A stretch of 64,000 nucleotides of DNA from IMG/VR virus record IMGVR_UViG_3300032770_000001, positions 391,709 to 455,708 of that record. The stretch is one strand, 5' to 3'. Shown piece by piece: positions 36,712 to 44,932 of the stretch (the stretch's first letter is position 1; each line of letters opens with the position of its first letter). A program made the translations under genes and the position numbers. A model generated the notes under the pieces. The model saw only the letters and a list, made by a program, of their open reading frames with translations. It searched no databases and had not been told where the DNA came from.

Positions 36712-37037
36712 TATGGCTCCAGTTGATCGGATTTGTCGCTTGCGTAAGCGAAGGCATCCCGCCGCCCTTCGTTCGTCGCCGGAAACCGGGCGAGCAGGTG
36801 GTTGCTCTCAGTGAAGTGCGGGTCGAGTTCATCGATACCCTTGAAATGCTTGGGATCGCCCCGGAAGACCATGACTTTTTTACCCTCGAATGTCGTGCAG
36901 CCGGGATAGAAAGCTTCGACGATCACGATGCATGATTTGTGCTCAACCGCCGTGATGCCGAGGATTTTGAATTTCTTCGGGTCGGGGTTCGGTGGTGTCG
37001 GGTTGTTGTCGCTAGCTCTGAAAAGGCTCAGTCCCAT
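36711..37037 (-). CDS. Conserved phage hypothetical protein (YPGCTTFEGKK...LDPHF)
   Basis: 108 aa; TACAAT-N6-ATG suggests a leaderless start. Confidence 0.75.
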   Translation of the reverse strand: MGLSLFRASDNNPTPPNPDPKKFKILGITAVEHKSCIVIVEAFYPGCTTFEGKKVMVFRGDPKHFKGIDELDPHFTESNHLLARFPATNEGRRDAFAYASDKSDQLEP

Positions 37038-37055
37038 AAGAAAATTGTATACTTG

Positions 37056-37493
37056 CTATTGTAGAGCAGGGGGATGCTTGATGTAAAGAGCGGCTCTTTC
37101 CAGAAGCTCCGGAGAATCATAGAAACTACCGAGACCCCAGTTACATGTCCCGCACAGCAATCCGCGAAACTTTCCTGTTTGATGATCGTGATCTGGTTTC
37201 GCCGCTTCAGCGCGAGTCTTACCGAATGGTTTTCGACAAATCCAACACTTGTGCTCTTGACGTTCTGACTGGTCAAAATATTCAGTCAGCGTGATGCCGC
37301 ACAGCGCCTCCAACCGCTCTCCGAATCTACGTCTAGCTCTTGCGTTGGCAGCCGCTATTTTTCTTGCTCGATGTTGGGGGTTGGAATGGTATTTCTCTCG
37401 TTCAGCATCTCGACGGCACTTCTTACAGTACCCCTGTTTTGATGTGATAAGAGATTTCGGGTCTTCGCATTTCGGGCAAATTCTTGTCTCCAT
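37056..37493 (-). CDS. Endonuclease VII-type homing endonuclease
   Basis: CWICR...PDHDHQTGKFRGLLCGTCNWGLG. Confidence 0.9.
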   Translation of the reverse strand: METRICPKCEDPKSLITSKQGYCKKCRRDAEREKYHSNPQHRARKIAAANARARRRFGERLEALCGITLTEYFDQSERQEHKCWICRKPFGKTRAEAAKPDHDHQTGKFRGLLCGTCNWGLGSFYDSPELLERAALYIKHPPALQ

Positions 37494-37558
37494 ACTCAGG
37501 AGCCCGAAAGTCGTTTCTTACAATTCTGACAATGCAAGTTCCTTACAAAATTGAGGGC

Positions 37559-37714
37559 TTAACGACTCAAAGCGATGCGAAAAAGTTCTTTCTCACGCAC
37601 TTTGTATTCAGGCGTGCCTTCTGTCATCTTAAGCCACTCAATGTAAAGAGACTCGAATTGCTGCTTCGAGATCGAAGAAGTTGTCTGAGTAGCGGTTGCT
37701 GTGGTCTGTGCCAT
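37559..37714 (-). CDS. 51-aa hypothetical protein (MAQTTATATQ...)
   Basis: ATG at 37714 with GAGGGG RBS, behind GATTT-N12-TAGAG at 37730..37751. Confidence 0.6.
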   Translation of the reverse strand: MAQTTATATQTTSSISKQQFESLYIEWLKMTEGTPEYKVREKELFRIALSR

Positions 37715-37749
37715 GTTCACAAAAATCCCCTCTAAATAGAGTTCCAAAA

Positions 37750-38154
37750 TCACTTTTTAGCCGCCAGTGCCGTGATTGCCACGGTCTGTCGCCATGCATC
37801 CAAGTTCACACCGTGTGGGTTAAACCCCCTCGGTAACACCGAATGAATCCATTCCGCGTAACCTACTACGATAACGTGGTGTTCTTTCAATAGTTTATAC
37901 CATCCCCCATAACCTGTCTCACCCGGCGTTTGAGCATTGCCATGTTCAGCCATCCAAATCAATGCCTCTTCGGTTGTGGGAGCAAATGGCTTTGGGTTTT
38001 GAGAAGTACGCCATTCACCTAAGGCCCACAGAGCATCCATTCCCTCCATCCCAGCGCGACGAGCCCCGCTCATGATATGCTCTAGCAGAGTTTCTCGACG
38101 GTCAAAAGGCCGCTGGTCGTACATCTCCCAGTCGAAGTTGATGTAAACAGGCAT
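37750..38154 (-). CDS. Hypothetical protein
   Basis: 134 aa; GTATT-N3-T-N4-ATG upstream. Confidence 0.7.
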   Translation of the reverse strand: MPVYINFDWEMYDQRPFDRRETLLEHIMSGARRAGMEGMDALWALGEWRTSQNPKPFAPTTEEALIWMAEHGNAQTPGETGYGGWYKLLKEHHVIVVGYAEWIHSVLPRGFNPHGVNLDAWRQTVAITALAAKK

Positions 38155-38196
38155 TATTACTTAATACGCTGGCCGCTAGTGACTTCTTACAAATTT

Positions 38197-38802
38197 TCAA
38201 AGGAACCGGGCGTGCACTTCACGCATGTACGCGGGGTCGCACTTGTGGGTCGTAATCATGTCGTTCCCCGGCGTCGGGAACCGCCAGTGCAGGTTGCTGT
38301 GCACATAACGTTGGTCGTCGAACAGCGGTGCTTTCTGGTTCATTACCAGATAGTAGCCGACCGAGGAATCTTCGAGCTTACGATTCTTCCATTCTTGCTC
38401 CGGCTCGGCGACGAGAATCTTCATCGCACGCCGCGACAGCCAGTACCCGCAGCCGCCTGCCGCATAGAACAGTTGCCGTGCGCTTCCGCAATAGTCATGG
38501 TACTGATAGCCGGAGGCGAGCAGACGGGGGATGTGCACATAGGTGTCATCATCCGCTTTGAACAGGTTGGTGTAGTCGCGCTCCAGCGTCCACTTCATCG
38601 TGTAAAACAGCTTCAGCGGCAGACTCTCGTAATTGTCGGGAACGGGTAGGTAGACTTCATCCTTCTTGGCCCGTTTCTTCGGATCACCGATGAAGAATCG
38701 GTAGTCGATCTCTTTGCCCCATGTTTTCAACCACGTGTCACGGCAGGCGTCCTGCTGTTCTTTGAAGGCGTGACAGGTGAGGATGGCGAGGAGAGGTTTC
38801 AC
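38197..38802 (-). CDS. Glycosyltransferase, GT31 (galactosyltransferase/Fringe-like) family
   Basis: RDTW, DNYESLPLK, FKADDDTYV (DxD), GGCGYWLS, EDSSVG, TTHK motifs; GTG start at 38802 behind GTATT-N3-T-N4. Confidence 0.85.
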   Translation of the reverse strand: MKPLLAILTCHAFKEQQDACRDTWLKTWGKEIDYRFFIGDPKKRAKKDEVYLPVPDNYESLPLKLFYTMKWTLERDYTNLFKADDDTYVHIPRLLASGYQYHDYCGSARQLFYAAGGCGYWLSRRAMKILVAEPEQEWKNRKLEDSSVGYYLVMNQKAPLFDDQRYVHSNLHWRFPTPGNDMITTHKCDPAYMREVHARFL

Positions 38803-38836
38803 ACTAAATAAATACCGCGTCCTATGTCCAATCCAC

Positions 38837-38867
38837 AAAAGAAAAGGGCTCGCATCGCTGCGAGCCC
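38837..38867 (-). terminator. Terminator after the MCP gene
   Basis: gggctcgca-gcga-tgcgagccc followed by ttttctttt. Confidence 0.9.
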
Positions 38868-38895
38868 AATCTGATTATCCAACCAGAGAGAACGA

Positions 38896-39855
38896 TTAGT
38901 TCTCGCCGTAGTTGGCGGTCGAGTTGAAGCGACCATTGACCGTAAGACGCTGCACGCCGGACGGGTTGAACACGAGGAAGCCGAGGTTCTCGAAGATCGA
39001 GAAGCCGATCTGACGGAGGTCAGGACGGTCGGCGCTCATGACCGTGAGCGGAATACGCTCTGGGATAACGCCGAGGAACTCTGCGTCCGCCAGAATGTAG
39101 ATCGAGCCGTAGCCGACCTTACGCGACTGGAGGAGCGTTGCGCCCCAGAGATAGCCCATCACGCCCGTTTTCAACAGCTTGCGCTGTGTTTCGCGGTCGA
39201 TGTTCTGTTGGGTCCACTTCAACAGGTCCGTGTAGTCACGGGGGTTGAAGAAGACGAACGCGACTGAGAGGTCATGACGCTGCACCTGACCAAAGCCGTC
39301 TGCCATCGAGTTGATGTCAATCGGAGCGTTGATCGGAATGTCAGGGTTGTAGACCGGATCATTCGAGTTCTTACCCGCTGCGCTGTTCGCGACACCGTCA
39401 AACAGAACGAACACGTATCCGTCTTCGGCTGCGCCCACTTCGGCTTTCGCCAAGTTCAGTGAACGAGCAACCAAGTCGAAACGGCGCTCTTTGATCTGCG
39501 TGATCGGGATCATCGGATTGGACACGATTTCGAACGTCGGAACCGTGACGCGCTTCGGTTTTGTAACGCGGACGATGTCACCACCTTCTTCGCCGACGAT
39601 GAATGCTTCGACGAAGGACGAACCCGGAGTCGAGCCAACGGTCATCGCGTTGACATCGAATTCCTTGTCGTAGATGGGCAGTGCGCCATCCGGAAGAGTT
39701 TCGACCATGAGAGCCTTGCGAGCAATGCTCATATAGTCACGGCGACGACGCAGGGACGGACCGAGCGAAGCCGCAAGCTTCTGACGCCCACCCGCCGTCT
39801 TCAAAAGTTGGCCGAGCATTTGCGTCTGCTGTTGTGTGCGAGAAAGTTGTGCCAT
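38896..39855 (-). CDS. Major capsid protein (HK97 fold)
   Basis: 319 aa; gene order protease-scaffold-decoration-MCP-terminator; DYMSIARKALMVETLPDGALPIYDKE, VPTFEIVSNP, GFSIFENLGFLVFNP; GAGGAG RBS. Confidence 0.9.
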   Translation of the reverse strand: MAQLSRTQQQTQMLGQLLKTAGGRQKLAASLGPSLRRRRDYMSIARKALMVETLPDGALPIYDKEFDVNAMTVGSTPGSSFVEAFIVGEEGGDIVRVTKPKRVTVPTFEIVSNPMIPITQIKERRFDLVARSLNLAKAEVGAAEDGYVFVLFDGVANSAAGKNSNDPVYNPDIPINAPIDINSMADGFGQVQRHDLSVAFVFFNPRDYTDLLKWTQQNIDRETQRKLLKTGVMGYLWGATLLQSRKVGYGSIYILADAEFLGVIPERIPLTVMSADRPDLRQIGFSIFENLGFLVFNPSGVQRLTVNGRFNSTANYGEN

Positions 39856-39870
39856 TGTGAATTCTCCTCG

Positions 39871-40437
39871 TTAGATCAGTGACGCTACGCCGAGCCATGC
39901 TTCCGAAGCGGAAGGAACGTGAGTGCAAATGCCAATTGCAATTGGAGCGGAACCGCCCGAATTGCCAGCACGAGCCGCGCTCGTGTACTGTCCGACATTG
40001 TTGTGCGTGGTCGTATGCCCGCAGTAGACGTATCCACCGAGAGTAAACGTCGCATTCGTGTCGTAAATTGAAACCGTTGCACCCGAAGTGAAGCTAGTGT
40101 TGCCAACGTTGCCCTGCCACATCGCACGAACTACAGGGGCACGCTTGGAGCCAGAAGCGCCAATTGCACCGGAGAATTCGTTTGCAGAGTCGTTGAGCAA
40201 GGTTGCGAATGGGATTTGACTATCTGTGTCGCACGGCGCGATAGCACCGATTGCACCAAAAGCAGGCTGATTGGTGTATACGCCAGCGGAAGGCGTGGTC
40301 AAAGCCACGATCTTTCCACCGTAGTACCCAGCGTTATCCAGTGTGAACTGGTCAGTACCGGGATCACCAGTCAAAACTACGTTCGGTGTGCAGTTGACAG
40401 AGTCGTTCTGCCCCATGTAGGTCAGCTTAAGGGACAT
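39871..40437 (-). CDS. Head decoration/cement protein
   Basis: 188 aa, directly upstream of the MCP; G/T/A-rich, ends IAIGICTHVP...LGVASLI. Confidence 0.75.
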   Translation of the reverse strand: MSLKLTYMGQNDSVNCTPNVVLTGDPGTDQFTLDNAGYYGGKIVALTTPSAGVYTNQPAFGAIGAIAPCDTDSQIPFATLLNDSANEFSGAIGASGSKRAPVVRAMWQGNVGNTSFTSGATVSIYDTNATFTLGGYVYCGHTTTHNNVGQYTSAARAGNSGGSAPIAIGICTHVPSASEAWLGVASLI

Positions 40438-40537
40438 GCTGATTCCTCCACCTTGAGTTTTGGTTCAGTTGAGCAGTTTGAATTTGCCGTTCCCAATCCG
40501 GCCTGTGTTCGCAGGCTAAAGGACTATAGGACAGCGT

Positions 40538-40559
40538 GCTCAATAAAGAGGCAGGTAGT
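40538..40559 (-). promoter_or_regulatory. Putative late promoter of the decoration-MCP operon (ACTAC-N12-TGAGC)
   Basis: Bipartite motif about 100 nt upstream of 40437. Confidence 0.55.
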
Positions 40560-40631
40560 GAAAAAACCCAATTACTTGCGAAAAAATTATTTCGATGGGA
40601 TTTCTGCTATAATTTTCAGGTATTTACCGAT

Positions 40632-41093
40632 ATGAGTGTCTCCACAAACAGACGCCGTCTGAGAGAGCAAATCTTCACTCTGCTCGGCAATCGCTGTGTC
40701 GGGCCGGATTGCGGGTGGATTAACGAAGACGGGACTCGTGGGTGTACCGATATCCGATGCCTTCAAATTGACCATAAAAACGGCGGCGGACATCAAGCAG
40801 TTCTCAAAGCCGGAAACAACTACGAGCATTTGAAAGAAATCTTACGAGACCCAGAAATTCACGAACACTATCAGCTTCTCTGCGCCAACTGCAACTGGAT
40901 CAAACGACATCTGAACAACGAATTCAATCGCAAAGGAACTCGACAATCGACCGAGCGTCAACTTCGTATTCGAGACATGATTTTAGAACGACCTGATCTC
41001 ACTCAAGCGGCTATCGGAGAGATTTTCGGCATCAGCCGGGTATCGGTGTACCACATATCCAAAAAGTTTGGAATCCAACCCACCAAGCAATGA
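40632..41093 (+). CDS. HNH-type homing endonuclease with C-terminal HTH
   Basis: LQIDHKNGGG...YQLLCANCNWIK; LTQAAIGEIFGISRVSV; TGcTATAAT at 40605..40613. Confidence 0.85.
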   Translation: MSVSTNRRRLREQIFTLLGNRCVGPDCGWINEDGTRGCTDIRCLQIDHKNGGGHQAVLKAGNNYEHLKEILRDPEIHEHYQLLCANCNWIKRHLNNEFNRKGTRQSTERQLRIRDMILERPDLTQAAIGEIFGISRVSVYHISKKFGIQPTKQ

Positions 41094-41100
41094 TCTTTTA

Positions 41101-41673
41101 CTATTTCTTCAAACAACCACAGGGGTAGCCCGGAGGATGCACATGGTTCTTGTTGGGGGTAATCATCTTTCCGCTGTAGAACGGCCCGTCACGATGCACG
41201 GCTTCTGTGTTAGCCCAGCCTTGGAAAATCGGGCTGGTCAGCCAGAAGTTCCCCGCGAACTCCAACCACATACCGATCTGCGGATCGCTCCCGGCGTCGA
41301 GAAGAGTCATAGTGCCCTGAGAGACTGGACGCTGATTGATGGCGTCCATCGTAGCCAGTGTTTGAAGGTTGGTCGCATTCTGAAGCGGAACATGCGTCAA
41401 CTGCACATACGTCATCGGCACGTTGAACCAGCCCGACAAAGCCATGTGGAAGATGTAGTCCGTGTCGAGTGATCCCTGCCAGCGTCCACCGGGCACGACA
41501 AGTTGATTGCCGAAGAAGATAGTGGTCTGCACCTTGCCGAAGATTTGCGTCACTGACAGCAGCGGTCGCCACGATGGTGTGAATGTCAACTGCCCCGCTT
41601 GGTTGGCTTGCGGTGCTTTGGGCTGTTGAAGCTGAATCGCGAGGACGCGAGAATCGAGAGGACTGAGTGCCAT
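41101..41673 (-). CDS. Hypothetical late protein
   Basis: 190 aa behind ACTTT-N12-TAGAG at 41681..41702. Confidence 0.7.
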   Translation of the reverse strand: MALSPLDSRVLAIQLQQPKAPQANQAGQLTFTPSWRPLLSVTQIFGKVQTTIFFGNQLVVPGGRWQGSLDTDYIFHMALSGWFNVPMTYVQLTHVPLQNATNLQTLATMDAINQRPVSQGTMTLLDAGSDPQIGMWLEFAGNFWLTSPIFQGWANTEAVHRDGPFYSGKMITPNKNHVHPPGYPCGCLKK

Positions 41674-41696
41674 AAATGATCTCTATCTATGGTTCC

Positions 41697-41726
41697 AAAA
41701 GTGAAGGGCTGGCTTTCGCCAGCCCC
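41697..41726 (-). terminator. Terminator after the scaffold gene, overlapping the next late promoter
   Basis: gggctggc-gaaa-gccagccc followed by ttcactttt. Confidence 0.7.
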
Positions 41727-41752
41727 TCGGTTAACTACCGTGTAACGGTGGA

Positions 41753-44008
41753 TTAGAACTCTTCGCTGCCGAACAGCGCGGTTGCAATGTCCACAGGCTT
41801 CGGCGAAGCGACGACCGGGCGAACACGCTTAATGCTGCCCTTCTTCTCGTCCTTCTTCTCTGATGCCGCCTTTGCTGACTGTTTCGGAGCCTGCAATTCC
41901 GGACGTGCATCTTGAGGAGTGCGCTTTGCGCCCTGCTCTTCAGGCTTGATGTCCTTCATTGCTTCCGCGAACAAGTCCTCATCGTGATCGGTGTCGTTGT
42001 CGCGTGCTTCCGAACCGTCCTGCTTGAAGTGGTTCGCCGCGTCAACAAACGCCTCGACCACGTCTTCGCCTTCAACGCTGGTTGCCGTTTTGTTGTCAAC
42101 CGACGCCATCAGGCTGGCAAGCGGATCATTTTCCGAGCCCTGAACTGTGAAGTAGTCCTCGATTGAAGCGACTTGCATACCGCTGTCTTCGAGTGCTGCT
42201 TCCATCTGTGCCGCCGAGGTCGGTGCGAAAAAGTCTTCCGCAGCCATGTGCTCGACGCTACCGTCGCCTTCGTTTGCAAGAGCCGAAACTTTATCGTCCA
42301 TTGCACCCTCATCAAATACGGACGAAAGGTCAAGCTCGCCCTCTGCCGGGCCTTCAGTCTCTTCGAGCGAAATTTCTTCCTCGCCTTCCAACGGAAGAGC
42401 AGGCTCTTCCTCGGACTCTTCGAGAATTTCCTGTTCGAGTGCCTTGATCGCTTCCTCGGCTTCCTCGATCTTTTCCTGCACGACCATCTTCTTCTCGTCG
42501 GTCAGGATTGCACCAGCGGCTTCCTCAGGCGGTGCGCCTGCATCGCCAGCCGGAGCTTCTGCCAACGGATCGCCCGGTGCTTCAGGAGCAGGCGGTGCGT
42601 CTGGAGCCGGAGCATCGACCGGAGCTTCCGCTGCCGGATCGTCTGCGACTTTCTGATCTGCGCCCTTTACTGGAGGAGCAGGGAGATCGGCCTTCTTTTC
42701 GGCAGCAGCTTTCTTCTCTGCGGCAGCCTTGCACTCAGGGCAATCACCAGCACACTTGCCGTCCTTGCCATGAGCAGTCTTCGCGGCAGCCTTCTTGCTG
42801 TCGCCTTCGGAGAGGTTCACGGTCTGACCCGGCTTCTCACCAGCGTCCGGACGCTCGGCGGCTTTACCCGCTTCGAGTTCCTTCGGCTCAGTGTGCTCAC
42901 CGCCGCCGCAACCGCGACCATCGTTGTACGTGCCTGTCTGTGGACCTGCATCCTTGCGGTCGTCGGCAGTCTTCGCGGCTGCTTCTTTCGCAGAACCATG
43001 AAGTTCCTTTTCGACGGCGGCACGCTCAGACTTGAGCACGGACGGGTCTTCAAGATACTGATTGAGTTCGGTCTTGTGGACTTCTTTGAACTGTTCAGCA
43101 AGGTGGGTGGAGTGAGCGTTCTTTGCGGTCTGACGGAGGGCGGCGACGAGAGTCTTCGTGTCATTGCCATCCAGCAGCGATGTCGCGAATGCTTGACGAC
43201 GCTCGACGGAGGCTGTCGGCAACATCGTGTTAGCGATGGTATACGCCGCAGCCGTGCGAATCTGTGCTTCTTTCTTGATAGACTCGCGCTGTTTCTTTGC
43301 CTCAGCGAGCTTCTCTTTCAGATTCGCGGGCTTGGTAGCAGTCTGATTTGCCATGGTAGAGCCTTCCTTTTTCATGTCAGAACGGGCAGAAACGCCCTTC
43401 TTTAGAGGTACTTGATAGTTATTTTTCTTGCTAATTGGAGCTTTTGCACTAGCAAGGGGTGCTTCCAGAGGGGCTGCTTCCGCAGCCGCATCATCTGTGG
43501 GAAGTGGTTCTGCCGCCCCAGCCGCGCCGTCAACCGGGGGCTCAGGGGTAGCTGCCGGAACAGCAGCTTCAGGGGCAGGAGGGGGTTCCGGTGCCGGGGG
43601 TGCTGCCGGAGCGGAAATGCCAAGATCGGGTGCCGGGGGTGCCAGCGGTGCTGCCGGAGCAGCCAAGGGATCGATAGCGGGTTCACCGCCAGATGCGTCG
43701 GCGATCTGCGAATCCAGACCATCCAAAACGGACTTGATCTCTTCCGACCACGGTCCGCCCTTGAACTTTTCCCACTCACCAATCAATTGCACGCCTTCGC
43801 GCATGTGACGAATTTCTTCTTCGAGTTCTTCGCGCTTCTGGGAGAGGAGGTCGAATTCCGGCGATGGGCCGAGATCAGTGGGTGCGTCGGGAGCCATCTC
43901 AGGCATACCCATAAGCTGGTCGTCCATGCCGTCCAGCAGGGCTTGTTTACGAGCGATTTCCGCCGCTACGTGTGATTTGATCTGTGCAACTGTCTTCGGT
44001 TTTGCCAT
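41753..44008 (-). CDS. Prohead scaffold/core protein
   Basis: 751 aa, acidic, Pro/Ala-rich, coiled coils; many K-x-A motifs (KEAAAKTA, KKAAAKTA, KKAAAEKKA, KVA, KTAT); lies between protease and MCP. Confidence 0.8.
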   Translation of the reverse strand: MAKPKTVAQIKSHVAAEIARKQALLDGMDDQLMGMPEMAPDAPTDLGPSPEFDLLSQKREELEEEIRHMREGVQLIGEWEKFKGGPWSEEIKSVLDGLDSQIADASGGEPAIDPLAAPAAPLAPPAPDLGISAPAAPPAPEPPPAPEAAVPAATPEPPVDGAAGAAEPLPTDDAAAEAAPLEAPLASAKAPISKKNNYQVPLKKGVSARSDMKKEGSTMANQTATKPANLKEKLAEAKKQRESIKKEAQIRTAAAYTIANTMLPTASVERRQAFATSLLDGNDTKTLVAALRQTAKNAHSTHLAEQFKEVHKTELNQYLEDPSVLKSERAAVEKELHGSAKEAAAKTADDRKDAGPQTGTYNDGRGCGGGEHTEPKELEAGKAAERPDAGEKPGQTVNLSEGDSKKAAAKTAHGKDGKCAGDCPECKAAAEKKAAAEKKADLPAPPVKGADQKVADDPAAEAPVDAPAPDAPPAPEAPGDPLAEAPAGDAGAPPEEAAGAILTDEKKMVVQEKIEEAEEAIKALEQEILEESEEEPALPLEGEEEISLEETEGPAEGELDLSSVFDEGAMDDKVSALANEGDGSVEHMAAEDFFAPTSAAQMEAALEDSGMQVASIEDYFTVQGSENDPLASLMASVDNKTATSVEGEDVVEAFVDAANHFKQDGSEARDNDTDHDEDLFAEAMKDIKPEEQGAKRTPQDARPELQAPKQSAKAASEKKDEKKGSIKRVRPVVASPKPVDIATALFGSEEF

Positions 44009-44904
44009 TAGCGTATTAGCCTCCCGCGTAAATCGGCGTTGAGTAAAGCTTCCCCCAAATCAAGGGTCTCGAAATCATTATTTTTACTGGCAATTTTTGT
44101 AAGCTTTGCGATCTTGCCAGCCCCAGCCGCTTTGGTGTATGGAGATTTGGGACCGATCCATACCTCGCCGCCCTCGATAATGTTGCGTTTCGAGGCTCCG
44201 GGGAACGCTGGGGTCGCAACCCAAGAAGCTTCCACGAACTTCACACCGCCGTTCGGCAACGTCTTGTGACCGCAGAGTTCAGCGATGCGACGGGCGATGC
44301 CGTCTTCGTCCGGAAGGAAAGTGCCCTTCTGGTACGACAGATGATTGCAATAGGTGCTTTGATCGGTGACATGGGTGCCGCAATAAGAGCAGATCACCAG
44401 ATCGGTGACGCAACCCATCGACAGATAGCGAACTTCCTCGTTCTTGATGTCCTCAATCAGTTTCTCGTGTCCGAGATCGGTAGCGACGAGGATATCGACG
44501 AAGTACACCCAAACTTCGTTGCCGACAACGTGCACCTTACGAAGCTGGGAATCCAGAATGTGCCCTTTGGCGTACTTGCTGTTCTGGTAGTGCTCAACGA
44601 AGTTGAAGGCACCAGTGAAACTCTTGTGCGAAAGCTTTATGACCTCGTTCGTCCATGCGTCATCGTTGTTGTTGACAAGATGCGCAGTCTCCGGCTTGAT
44701 GAGGTAGTCGTAAGGATCGTGCTCAGTCATCACGCTCGCCATGATGGTGCAATGCGAAAGCATGTACCGGGAATTGTCGGCGGCGATTTTGATTTCCGAC
44801 GCTTGCTTGTGACCGAAGGCACGATTGCCATACATCAACTGCCAGTCGTTGGCAGAGACAATGGGGTCTTCGATAAGCGCGTTGGCAAACTTCTTGAAAG
44901 GCAT
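44008..44904 (-). CDS. Prohead maturation protease (assemblin/HK97-type Ser protease with Zn-finger insert)
   Basis: NNNDD, FVEH (His), LSMGC (Ser), CSYCG...CNHL, FVEASWVATPAFPGA. Confidence 0.85.
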   Translation of the reverse strand: MPFKKFANALIEDPIVSANDWQLMYGNRAFGHKQASEIKIAADNSRYMLSHCTIMASVMTEHDPYDYLIKPETAHLVNNNDDAWTNEVIKLSHKSFTGAFNFVEHYQNSKYAKGHILDSQLRKVHVVGNEVWVYFVDILVATDLGHEKLIEDIKNEEVRYLSMGCVTDLVICSYCGTHVTDQSTYCNHLSYQKGTFLPDEDGIARRIAELCGHKTLPNGGVKFVEASWVATPAFPGASKRNIIEGGEVWIGPKSPYTKAAGAGKIAKLTKIASKNNDFETLDLGEALLNADLRGRLIR

Positions 44905-44909
44905 AGGTC

Positions 44910-44932
44910 TTCTATTAAAATAGGGCTAAAGT
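44910..44932 (-). promoter_or_regulatory. Putative late promoter (ACTTT-N13-TAGAA)
   Basis: Upstream of the protease gene. Confidence 0.55.

Noticed and set aside
38896-39855. Encapsulin/linocin rather than MCP
   Set aside because: Context of protease, scaffold, decoration, neck, sheath and tube genes indicates a phage capsid.
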